Below the pieces are notes generated by a model. It was given only the letters and a program-made list of their open reading frames with translations. It did not search any database and was not told the origin of the DNA. Source: Clostridiaceae bacterium (GTDB lineage: Bacteria > Bacillota > Clostridia > Oscillospirales > Acutalibacteraceae). From it: DNA of 64,000 nucleotides. The stretch spans positions 150-64,149 of the forward strand of contig JAEDHT010000006.1 in NCBI GenBank assembly GCA_016296885.1. The letters are read 5' to 3'. The position numbers were made by a program, and so were the translations under genes. Positions 56,151 to 64,000 of the stretch are shown in pieces (within the stretch, counting starts at the first letter, position 1; each line of letters opens with the position of its first letter).

Positions 56151-57821
56151 TTATTCTATAAGACCTGCCACCATTAACTGCATAGATGTAACGTCAGACA
56201 TTTTTATCCTGCCATCTTTGTCCACATCGCAACAATAAAACATATCGCTGTTTCTTATCGGCATTTCGCTAATGCACGCTATAATTCTTTGTAATAAAAC
56301 TACATCCTGCATAGTCACCTTGCCATCTGCATCAATATCACCACGCAACAATCTCTCATAACCGTTCATTCCAAGCGATTTTACCATATCGGGATAATTC
56401 ACAAAGGCAACATCCAAATCCACATTACCGGATATACCGGGAATTTTTCCTTTTGAGGTGTATTGCCATAAGCCATAATAAGTATCTGTGGTCTTATTGC
56501 TTTCTGTCCAATGTGCCATCCAAATTTCTCCGTTCTCGTCAATTTTATCTCTATCCAGCATATGGTTATACCAATACAGCGATGAATATGTTCCCGCCAA
56601 AAATCCTGCATCTGCCAAAGTCTGCATAAAGGTGACACAAATCTCTGTGCGAACCTCATTATCAAGCTTCTGCTGATTTGCATCCTCTATATCTATATAC
56701 ACGGGGTATTCAAATTTTTTGTCTTGTATGAGGTTTATCAGATCATCAGCATCCTTTTTTGCCTCTTCAGCACTAACAGCGTATGTGTAAAAATAGCATC
56801 CCAAATCCAATCCGGCTTTTCGGGCCTTTTCATAATATTCCTCAAATCGGTTATCCACTCCATCGGTAAAACCGGCACGGAGTATCGCAAAATCCACACC
56901 ACCGGATGCCACCTTATCCCAATCTATACTTCCTTGCCAGCTAGACACATCTATACCATATGCAAATATAGGAGTGTAACTTTTCTCTGTTTTGAATGTT
57001 TGTTTCTTTGTTGTGATTTTTTGACTGTCTATCACTACATAGAACGAATACATATATGTGGTGTCCGGCGATAGCAAGATATCTAGCGTTTTTTGTGTGT
57101 CATAGCAAAGCGAAACAAATGAATCATACGTGCTGTTTTTCTCGCTGTATCCTTTAATTTTATTTTTATCTTTATCAAATAGTACAAATCCCATTTCTGT
57201 GATTTCTTTATTATTTGGATTAAAAGCGGTTGCGTTAATGGTAGCATTTGTATCGTTTATCGTATTAAGTGTAGTGTATGTGGTAAGCGTTTCTTTACCT
57301 GTTGTTCTCTCAAAGCTCCATAATATATTCTCGTCATTGGCTTTATCAGTCATTTTTGCATTGCCTTTTTCGTCAACAGTTACAAAACAATCAATATTAT
57401 TCGAGTTATGTATGATATAGGCATCTCCCTGTTTGCTTAATTTCCACATCATTGTGTTTTCGGCAAAAAAATTGAATATGTTAACATTATTTCCGCTTTT
57501 CACGTTGTCTGCATCTGCATTTAGCACCCTACCGCTCACTACACTCGATTCAGGGCGTAAATATACGCCCTCCGGTGCATCATATAGCATAAACTTTTGG
57601 CTATCAGCATCGGCTTTTTCACTTACAGACACATTTTGTTGGTTGTTGTCCTCACCCATATCCACTGTGAGATAAAAACCTGTATTTATATTTTTAATAT
57701 AGTAACATCCACTCTCTATGCTGACATAATCATATTTTTCATCAGCATATGAGGCAACTATGCCAATCCGAAAAATTACAGAAAGACATACTGCAAAGCT
57801 TATACATTGTCGTAGCCTCAT
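56151..57821 (-). CDS. secreted GH25 muramidase with N-terminal ricin-like lectin region and C-terminal dockerin
   Basis: YGIDVSSWQGSIDWDKVASGGVDFAILRAG...LGCYFY is the GH25 signature. Dockerin GDIDADGKVTMQDVVLLQ...DVDKDGRIKMSDVTSMQ. N-terminal signal-like MRLRQCISFAVCLSVIFRIGIVASYA. Confidence 0.85.
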   Translation of the reverse strand: MRLRQCISFAVCLSVIFRIGIVASYADEKYDYVSIESGCYYIKNINTGFYLTVDMGEDNNQQNVSVSEKADADSQKFMLYDAPEGVYLRPESSVVSGRVLNADADNVKSGNNVNIFNFFAENTMMWKLSKQGDAYIIHNSNNIDCFVTVDEKGNAKMTDKANDENILWSFERTTGKETLTTYTTLNTINDTNATINATAFNPNNKEITEMGFVLFDKDKNKIKGYSEKNSTYDSFVSLCYDTQKTLDILLSPDTTYMYSFYVVIDSQKITTKKQTFKTEKSYTPIFAYGIDVSSWQGSIDWDKVASGGVDFAILRAGFTDGVDNRFEEYYEKARKAGLDLGCYFYTYAVSAEEAKKDADDLINLIQDKKFEYPVYIDIEDANQQKLDNEVRTEICVTFMQTLADAGFLAGTYSSLYWYNHMLDRDKIDENGEIWMAHWTESNKTTDTYYGLWQYTSKGKIPGISGNVDLDVAFVNYPDMVKSLGMNGYERLLRGDIDADGKVTMQDVVLLQRIIACISEMPIRNSDMFYCCDVDKDGRIKMSDVTSMQLMVAGLIE

Positions 57822-57925
57822 AATAAGTTCTTCTCCTTTTCTAAATACTCAACCCGATAAAAGCATAATGGAGCTATCGCATTAAAGTTAATATGCACAA
57901 ACAAACGAAATTGTTATCACAATCG

Positions 57926-58057
57926 GCTCCCTCTGACGAGGGAGCTGTCGAGTGAAACGAGACTGAGGGAGAGAAAAAACTGCTTTTTGCAGAATTTTTA
58001 CCTTTTCTCTCCCTCCGTCAAAACTTCGTTTTGCCACCTCCCTCATCAGAGGGAGGC
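57926..58057 (+). repeat. hairpin-rich intergenic repeat element, copy 3 (full length with palindromic hairpins at both ends)
   Basis: Same core as 36705-36807. 5' hairpin GCTCCCTCTGACGAGGGAGC (57926-57945) and 3' hairpin CCTCCCTCATCAGAGGGAGG (58037-58056). These are near reverse complements of each other (17 of 20). Confidence 0.8.
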
Positions 58058-58106
58058 AAATTGTGCAAATTTCCTCTATTGCAACAGCCCCATCTTACTT
58101 TTTTAA

Positions 58107-61100
58107 TTATTCATTAATAGCATTTGGGTAACGGTATAATTCATAGTCTGTACCTGACAGCATTTCACACTCCGGCAGTGGCTCAATTTCCCTTATTATG
58201 ATTTTAGCATTCTTGTAAGGCTTGCCTAATTTATATAGTCCTTCAAATACAACTTCACCAAATTCGTTGTATTCCCTGCCCATACCATTGGACACGCCAT
58301 CACGCACAGAACCTTCATACACAAGATACTTGCCATCATTGGAATATCGCCTCATAAATACGCAGGCATCGTTTTTGAATATACACTCAGCGATTACTAT
58401 TCCATTTTGAATAAGATTAACTCTTCCGTCGGGCTTACCATTTGTGAAGCAACCCACATAGCCCTCTTTATTGCTATTCAAGTATAATCCTATACCGTTG
58501 TAAACGTCGTTTTCCCATAAACCTGTGTAGACAGAATCTAAATCCACCTGTGTACCAAAACCACTTCTGATTCCATTTACGAGTTCTCCGCTATATACCA
58601 ATTCTCCGCTTTTATAGAGGTTTCCGGTTCCGTTTTTGATACCATTCTCAAACTCTCCGTCGTAGATCAACACACCGTTCTCATATAATCTACCTTTTCC
58701 GTGTTTGACCCCATCTCTTAGCTCGCCTATGTAGTAAGGTTCGCCGTTTGAGCTTATGCATCTGCAGAATCCGGAGGATTTTCCGTTATTGAAGTTGCCC
58801 TCTATCACTTCTCCATTTTCTTTGCATAGTCTTCCCTCGCCATGATAGATGCCGTCTTTCCACATTCCGCTATATTCTATTGTTCCGTCATCTCTGAACG
58901 AGATACCAAATCCGTTTTTCTCTCCGCCCTTGATTGCACCATTATATACAAGCTTACCGTTTCGATCAAAAATTGCACTTGTATCCATAGCAACATCATC
59001 TTTGTATCTGCTAACCTCAAAGCCACCGTCAGATGTAACTGTCAATCCGGCACCGTTCTTGATTCCGTCTTCCTTATAGCCTGCAAAAAGCATATTGCCC
59101 TCTGCATCAAACACTGTTTCCATGCCTACAAGCTCGTTGTTTTCCCATCTTCCTATACGCATCATATCATGAGTATTATTAAGCGCTACACCAAAACCAT
59201 TGCGTTTATTTTTCTTCCAACTTCCCATGTGGCACAGCTTACCGGACTTGTAATAGTACACACCAAATCCGTTACGCTTATCGTCTTTATATTCACCCTC
59301 ATAAGCTGTTCTGCCCGATGCCATGAAGGTTCTTCCGAAGCCGTCTCTGTTGCCTTGACTTAGGTCACCTATATAGTAATAAGACTTTGTAGGAGAAACA
59401 GATATGATTTTATCTACAATGTATCCTATATTATTATCAGGCTCCTCCATAGGCTGTTCTAACAGAGCTTGTTCTGTAGGAATGTCATATTGTGATGGTT
59501 CAACATTTGTTTCGTCTATTTTTTCATCTATCATTTCATCATTATTTTCCGGAATAACAAATTGTTGACTTTCATCAATCGCATTATCATATGGCACATC
59601 AACATCCTGCATAAATTGACCAAACATATCGTCATCATTGGTATCCGGAGTGTCGTTCCATATGCCATTGTCAAATAGATTGTCCTGTGTGTCAATGTTA
59701 TTTTCTGTTTCGATATTGTCAGTTGAGGTATCCTCTATCCTATCACCCAGCAAATCAAAATCATCAACCATATTGTCAGGCTCTTCTTGATACTGAGTCA
59801 TATCTACCTGAGGGACTTCTCCAACCTGATATTCATTTACATCAGCTTGGCCATAATAATCATCAGCCATAGGCATATCAATATCATTATAGGGCTGATC
59901 CTGATAGAGCATATCATCAATATAGTCACCTTGCGTATCCATCATACCATACTCCGGCATTGGAACATCTTCGGTGTTCAGGTATTGTTCATCATATGGG
60001 TAATCTGCATACTCTTGAGCAAACTGATCACCATTGTCATATTCAGGCATATCTTGCCCAAACTGCCCGTCGTTGTCATACTCAGACATATCTTGAGCAA
60101 ACTGACCTCTGTTGTCATATTCAGGCATATCTTGCCCAAACTGCTCGCCATCATCATACCCATACATATCTTGACCAAACTGCTCGCCGTTGTCATATTC
60201 AGGCATATCCTGATAGCCCAGATTATTATCATAACCGAAAGCATACTCATCAGAATTATCATAAATATCATTGAGCATATCATTATAATAATTATCAGGA
60301 ACATTTGTACCGTTTGAGACATTCTCATCAGGTCTGTTCTTAGCAATTATACGAGGTGTTTCATAATTACCACTGTTTTTAGGTTTTACACGGCCTATAT
60401 CTACACTCTCGTATTCCTCATCAAACCTTGCTTCCAGCTCCCCGGCATTCATAGGAATGTTTATTTTATACTCGCCATTTAGGTTTTCCACCGCATCGAT
60501 ATCAACGTAAAATCCATTTTCACGGTCTACATTCTTGTCATAGCTTTCCGGTTCAGCTCTAAACTCTGACTTCAATTTTAGCAGAGTTCTGCCCCAGTTA
60601 ATGGCTTCTTCATATGGTGCATAGTAAAAATAACCATCTGTAGTGTGTGCAGATACTTCCGGCACTTGAGTTAGATCCCTCATTTTTTGCATTTCCAACT
60701 CACTGTCAGGCATAAGGCAGGGATATAGTATGGTTTCTACTCCCTTTTCTATTAAAAGCAGATTGATGTTATTTGATGAGAAGTGGCATTTTACCGTCTT
60801 TGCAGGCCCAACCTGATCCCACGTAAAATACTCTGTTTTCATCCAGTCATGTTCTCTGGAAAAATATGTCTTTTTCTGCGCAAAAAAGTCAACAGAATTT
60901 ATAGTTTCTATAATATAGTGATCGCTCGAAATATTTATAGACTCTACCAGGACATTCTTCTCATATTTTCTCCATCTTAGGGGCAGGTTTTTTGAAAGGC
61001 TGTATAGATATTTGCACTTTGAGCCTCCCCAGGTTTCTGTAACCTTGCCTTGTGGAACATATCCCTTTTCATAATATTGCTTACGCACATTTGCAAGAAC

Positions 61101-61196
61101 ATTGGAATTTGGTCTTTCAATGTCAAATGGTGTTACCGATACAAGCAATATGTGAGTATTTGTTCGATCAAAAGTCTTGATATATTGTTCATTCAT
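58107..61196 (-). CDS. 1029-aa cytoplasmic MORN-repeat protein with unknown N-terminal domain and D/Q/Y-rich central repeats
   Basis: GAGGGG RBS and no signal peptide. The C-terminal ~430 aa hold about 17 MORN-like units (YEGEYKDDKRNGFGVYYY, YIGELRDGVKHGKGRLY and others). The centre has 13-aa repeats DMPEYDNGEQFGQ. Confidence 0.8.
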   Translation of the reverse strand: MNEQYIKTFDRTNTHILLVSVTPFDIERPNSNVLANVRKQYYEKGYVPQGKVTETWGGSKCKYLYSLSKNLPLRWRKYEKNVLVESINISSDHYIIETINSVDFFAQKKTYFSREHDWMKTEYFTWDQVGPAKTVKCHFSSNNINLLLIEKGVETILYPCLMPDSELEMQKMRDLTQVPEVSAHTTDGYFYYAPYEEAINWGRTLLKLKSEFRAEPESYDKNVDRENGFYVDIDAVENLNGEYKINIPMNAGELEARFDEEYESVDIGRVKPKNSGNYETPRIIAKNRPDENVSNGTNVPDNYYNDMLNDIYDNSDEYAFGYDNNLGYQDMPEYDNGEQFGQDMYGYDDGEQFGQDMPEYDNRGQFAQDMSEYDNDGQFGQDMPEYDNGDQFAQEYADYPYDEQYLNTEDVPMPEYGMMDTQGDYIDDMLYQDQPYNDIDMPMADDYYGQADVNEYQVGEVPQVDMTQYQEEPDNMVDDFDLLGDRIEDTSTDNIETENNIDTQDNLFDNGIWNDTPDTNDDDMFGQFMQDVDVPYDNAIDESQQFVIPENNDEMIDEKIDETNVEPSQYDIPTEQALLEQPMEEPDNNIGYIVDKIISVSPTKSYYYIGDLSQGNRDGFGRTFMASGRTAYEGEYKDDKRNGFGVYYYKSGKLCHMGSWKKNKRNGFGVALNNTHDMMRIGRWENNELVGMETVFDAEGNMLFAGYKEDGIKNGAGLTVTSDGGFEVSRYKDDVAMDTSAIFDRNGKLVYNGAIKGGEKNGFGISFRDDGTIEYSGMWKDGIYHGEGRLCKENGEVIEGNFNNGKSSGFCRCISSNGEPYYIGELRDGVKHGKGRLYENGVLIYDGEFENGIKNGTGNLYKSGELVYSGELVNGIRSGFGTQVDLDSVYTGLWENDVYNGIGLYLNSNKEGYVGCFTNGKPDGRVNLIQNGIVIAECIFKNDACVFMRRYSNDGKYLVYEGSVRDGVSNGMGREYNEFGEVVFEGLYKLGKPYKNAKIIIREIEPLPECEMLSGTDYELYRYPNAINE
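60009..60210 (-). repeat. intragenic 39-nt tandem repeat, ~5 units
   Basis: Units starting CATATCTTG(C/A)(C/G)CAAACTG... at 60048, 60087, 60126 and 60165, plus a degenerate unit at ~60011. Confidence 0.8.
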
Positions 61197-61496
61197 GGCA
61201 TCAGCCCCTCTACATTTGTATACAAAATGATTATATTATAAAACAGTTCTTTTTTCAATAAAGATTAAGAACTTTTTTGCATATTTTGTTACAATAAAAA
61301 AATAATTTAAGCGATATAACAAATCTTTTCTAAAACATACGATAAAAGAGTAATAACAGCCAACATAAAAGGGGGCTGGATTTACAAAAAATTCTCCTTG
61401 CATTGCACTTCACAATGTGTTGCAAATCAAAGGAGAATTAATTTTAAATAAAATTTCATATTTAATTATGCTCGTGAGGTTTAGCATATAGATTAT

Positions 61497-62141
61497 TTAT
61501 CTGTTATTCAGATTTTCTATTAGTTCTTCAAGCTTTTCTGCAAATTTACCTATATGTATTCCATCTATAAATTTATGATTAACTTCTAACGAAATGTTTA
61601 ATTTTACGCTTTCGCTCTGTTTTGTATATTTGCCCCATGCAATTCTTGGTATAGAATCATCAAGTGCATCCTTTGAGATCATATCACGTTCATTTGTAAG
61701 CGCTGTTAGTTCTATCCAAGGCAATGAGGATATGTATATTAGATTGTCGCCCTCCTCCGCCATATCAATAAAATGAGCTTGATTTTTACTCTTTTGGGAG
61801 GCTTCTGAACAAAATGACCTTATATCGTGCCCACAGCATGGCATGGTAACAATATGAAAATTTTCACTATCCTTATGCATATCAGTGAAACTTGGGAGTC
61901 TTTCATCATAATATATTATTTCGCCATTCATGGCACCATAATGAAAAGCCTCTACTTCATTTATTGCCCTTGTGCAGATATAAACCATAGAATAATAAAA
62001 AGATAGCTTATTTTCTTTTACAAATTTATATAGTTTTGTAATATCTACCGTAAATGTAATCATATAAAATGGATGTGATATTTCGGAGAAAAAATCATAT
62101 ATTTCCCGTCTGTTCCATTCCTCTTTATTTATGATCTTCAT
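61497..62141 (-). CDS. CatA-like (type A chloramphenicol acetyltransferase family) O-acetyltransferase
   Basis: 214 aa. The W.RREIYDFF N-terminus, SLPWI and the catalytic-region VNHKFIDGIHIGKF (compare HHAVCDGFH in CAT). GAGGGG RBS. Confidence 0.75.
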   Translation of the reverse strand: MKIINKEEWNRREIYDFFSEISHPFYMITFTVDITKLYKFVKENKLSFYYSMVYICTRAINEVEAFHYGAMNGEIIYYDERLPSFTDMHKDSENFHIVTMPCCGHDIRSFCSEASQKSKNQAHFIDMAEEGDNLIYISSLPWIELTALTNERDMISKDALDDSIPRIAWGKYTKQSESVKLNISLEVNHKFIDGIHIGKFAEKLEELIENLNNR

Positions 62142-62177
62142 TTATAAAATCCCCTCACGCTGAATTGTTAAAAAACA

Positions 62178-62214
62178 GGCGACTGAAAGGAAATCTCTCA
62201 GCCGCCATTTTTTT
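62178..62214. terminator. bidirectional rho-independent terminator
   Basis: GGCGACTGA (62178-62186) / TCAGCCGCC (62198-62206) with one mismatch, flanked by A5 and T7. Confidence 0.7.
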
Positions 62215-62222
62215 AGTATAAA

Positions 62223-64000
62223 TTAGCCTATTTTTGCAATCATTCTTTGTATCATTACAACGTCCTCAAGAGTAATCTCTCCATCGCCATTAATATCTGC
62301 ATTTACCATGCCAAGATCAGACAATGTTTTTACAAGCTTTGCTATATACTTTTGAGTTAGAACTACATCTTCCATATCAACCTTTGAATCACAGTTTACG
62401 TCGCCCGGTAAAGATATGGTTGGTCTGTCCTGATTGTCACTGTCAATATCTGTATCCACATCAGATTCTGTGTTTACATCATTTTCTGTGTCATCATTAT
62501 TATCCAAATCGCTGTCAAGATTGGATTCGCTATCTGTTGTAACATCAGAGTCTGTTGTAGGCTCTTCAGGATCAACTTCCTCATCGCTGTCGGTATCTAC
62601 AGCATCTCCTATAAAATAGTCAGAGGAAGATGAAACTCTAACCTGAACAGTATTGCTATAGATATATGGCACACAGCAAACATTTACAACATCCCCTGCG
62701 CTAATACCATCAGGATACTCTGCAGGCTTAAAGCAGTTAAGCTCATTGCCATCCTCATCTGTTAGGGTAATATTTGAGCTGTCATATTCACCCAGAGTTA
62801 CATCCCTTAGCACTACAACTGTAGAAAGGTTATCCTTTAAATTGTAAAAATCACATTCTACTGCTGGGATAGGTTTGTTATTTCTAGAAATAGTTTTCAC
62901 AGTGGAAGGCATTTTAATCTGTCGAACACTTTGATGCTCTGACACAGCACCATACACCTCAACAACTGAATTCATCTCATATTTGCCGGCTAAAACACCC
63001 GACTGATCATATAACTGGAAGCTATGCACTTCGCCGTCTTCGTCTACTTCTTCAAGAATAACAGTGCTATCACCATAAATATAAGCAACCTGTCCTCTAG
63101 TGGTTATCACTTTGCCTACACGAGTATTCTTTGCCTCTTCAAGAGTAATATAGTTCGCAGGCTCTGTATCAGATGTTGGTGTGTTATCAGTATCAGGAGA
63201 TGGCTTTTCTGTACCGGAATTATCGTCGCTATCAGTATCGTAGATAATATCACCCGATGTACCATTACCCCAGATAACATTGATAAGATCTGGACAGTCT
63301 ATATATGGATTGCGGTTGCCCTGATAATCATGTGCAACATTGTTTCTGTTGATTTCATAATCATCAACAGGATCAATGGCATTCCACTTTACAAGTGTGT
63401 CATATCCGCCAACCATAACTTTATCTATCAGATTGTATAATGATCCATAATGCGTTACCATATAGGCATAAATACGAGCTATATCGCCTTTGTATTCATC
63501 TACAACCTCCATAGTATGATCATCGCCAATATAAGCCACTACATAACTACTACAGTTGTCGTTGCAATAATATGGTTCTCCACCTTTTGCATCACCATAT
63601 GGAAAACTACCATGAACAGAATTATCATCATTATAGGTAGGCCTAATATGGTGGAGATCATTTCCTCCGCCTGATTTGCCATATAAACCGCCGGACTTTG
63701 ACTGTGGCCAAACGTGCTCACGGTTCCAATTGCTAGACGTTGTATAATCGTTTGTATAGAAGAGCCTAAAACCCGAATTTGTGTCATTTGCCAGTCTCTC
63801 TGACTTCTTATACATAGCTGCAAGAGAGCTACTGCCCGTGCCTGAATAGCTTGGGTGCTTAGCGTCTGTACCCCTTACGGTTTTACCATTAGAAATGGTT
63901 GTCGAAGAGGTTGTATAATTTATCAATGCACGCAAGTCTTCGATGACAGTTTTAGGATCATCCCTATTAACAAGATCCTCTAAACCGCCAAGAACATCAT
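62223..64000 (-). CDS. secreted endonuclease I family nuclease with OB-fold-like region, acidic linker and C-terminal dockerin (N-terminus outside window)
   Basis: NREHVWPQSKSG...DLHHIRP...N and GNRNPYID. Dockerin GDVNCDSKVDMEDVVLTQ...DINGDGEITLEDVVMIQ. The reading frame stays open upstream of the listed TTG to the window edge. Confidence 0.85.
   Translation of the reverse strand, partial: DVLGGLEDLVNRDDPKTVIEDLRALINYTTSSTTISNGKTVRGTDAKHPSYSGTGSSSLAAMYKKSERLANDTNSGFRLFYTNDYTTSSNWNREHVWPQSKSGGLYGKSGGGNDLHHIRPTYNDDNSVHGSFPYGDAKGGEPYYCNDNCSSYVVAYIGDDHTMEVVDEYKGDIARIYAYMVTHYGSLYNLIDKVMVGGYDTLVKWNAIDPVDDYEINRNNVAHDYQGNRNPYIDCPDLINVIWGNGTSGDIIYDTDSDDNSGTEKPSPDTDNTPTSDTEPANYITLEEAKNTRVGKVITTRGQVAYIYGDSTVILEEVDEDGEVHSFQLYDQSGVLAGKYEMNSVVEVYGAVSEHQSVRQIKMPSTVKTISRNNKPIPAVECDFYNLKDNLSTVVVLRDVTLGEYDSSNITLTDEDGNELNCFKPAEYPDGISAGDVVNVCCVPYIYSNTVQVRVSSSSDYFIGDAVDTDSDEEVDPEEPTTDSDVTTDSESNLDSDLDNNDDTENDVNTESDVDTDIDSDNQDRPTISLPGDVNCDSKVDMEDVVLTQKYIAKLVKTLSDLGMVNADINGDGEITLEDVVMIQRMIAKIG

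Noticed and set aside
59787-60346. ORFs 59787..60317(+), 59960..60274(+) and 59978..60346(-)
   Set aside because: They are alternative-frame or antisense products of the 39-nt tandem repeat and low-complexity region inside the MORN gene. Their repetitive Ile/His-rich translations are artefacts.

Overview
This 64-kb window comes from a low-GC Clostridia genome. The organism is probably a spore-forming, dockerin-encoding Ruminococcaceae/Oscillospiraceae-like bacterium; that is inferred from spoIIR, divIC-yabR synteny and four dockerin-tailed proteins. Housekeeping blocks are ackA/tmcAL, ribF-ABC-M20-TIGR01212 rSAM, yqeG-pepP-obg-mrnC-yitT, rpsU, gltX-glnS-ispE-spoIIR, RNase P RNA, divIC-yabR, ruvX and degV. 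These alternate with cell-envelope and accessory islands. (1) A sortase locus holds an 84-aa minimal sorting-signal protein, two paralogous class B sortases and an overlapping LCP ligase. (2) A GC-rich structured leader precedes an operon with a 738-aa dockerin protein, a Ser-rich lipoprotein and a translationally coupled HprK-like ATPase / PqqD / S24-S26 peptidase / zinc-ribbon membrane cassette. No RiPP core enzyme is present, and this is the best candidate for an undescribed system. (3) Two giant secreted proteins (about 2231 and 1673 aa) are built from Listeria-Bacteroides repeats with near-identical internal duplications and a shared C-terminal module. The second is followed by a 51-aa acidic ORF with a strong RBS that is below the ORF-track cutoff. 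(4) A roughly 105-130 bp hairpin-rich intergenic repeat occurs three times. (5) Two endonuclease-I proteins and a GH25 muramidase carry dockerins, and they flank a 1029-aa cytoplasmic MORN-repeat protein and a CAT-like acetyltransferase. No CRISPR array, transposase, integrase, tRNA or rRNA was seen. All functional calls rest on motif recognition by eye; no database search was run.
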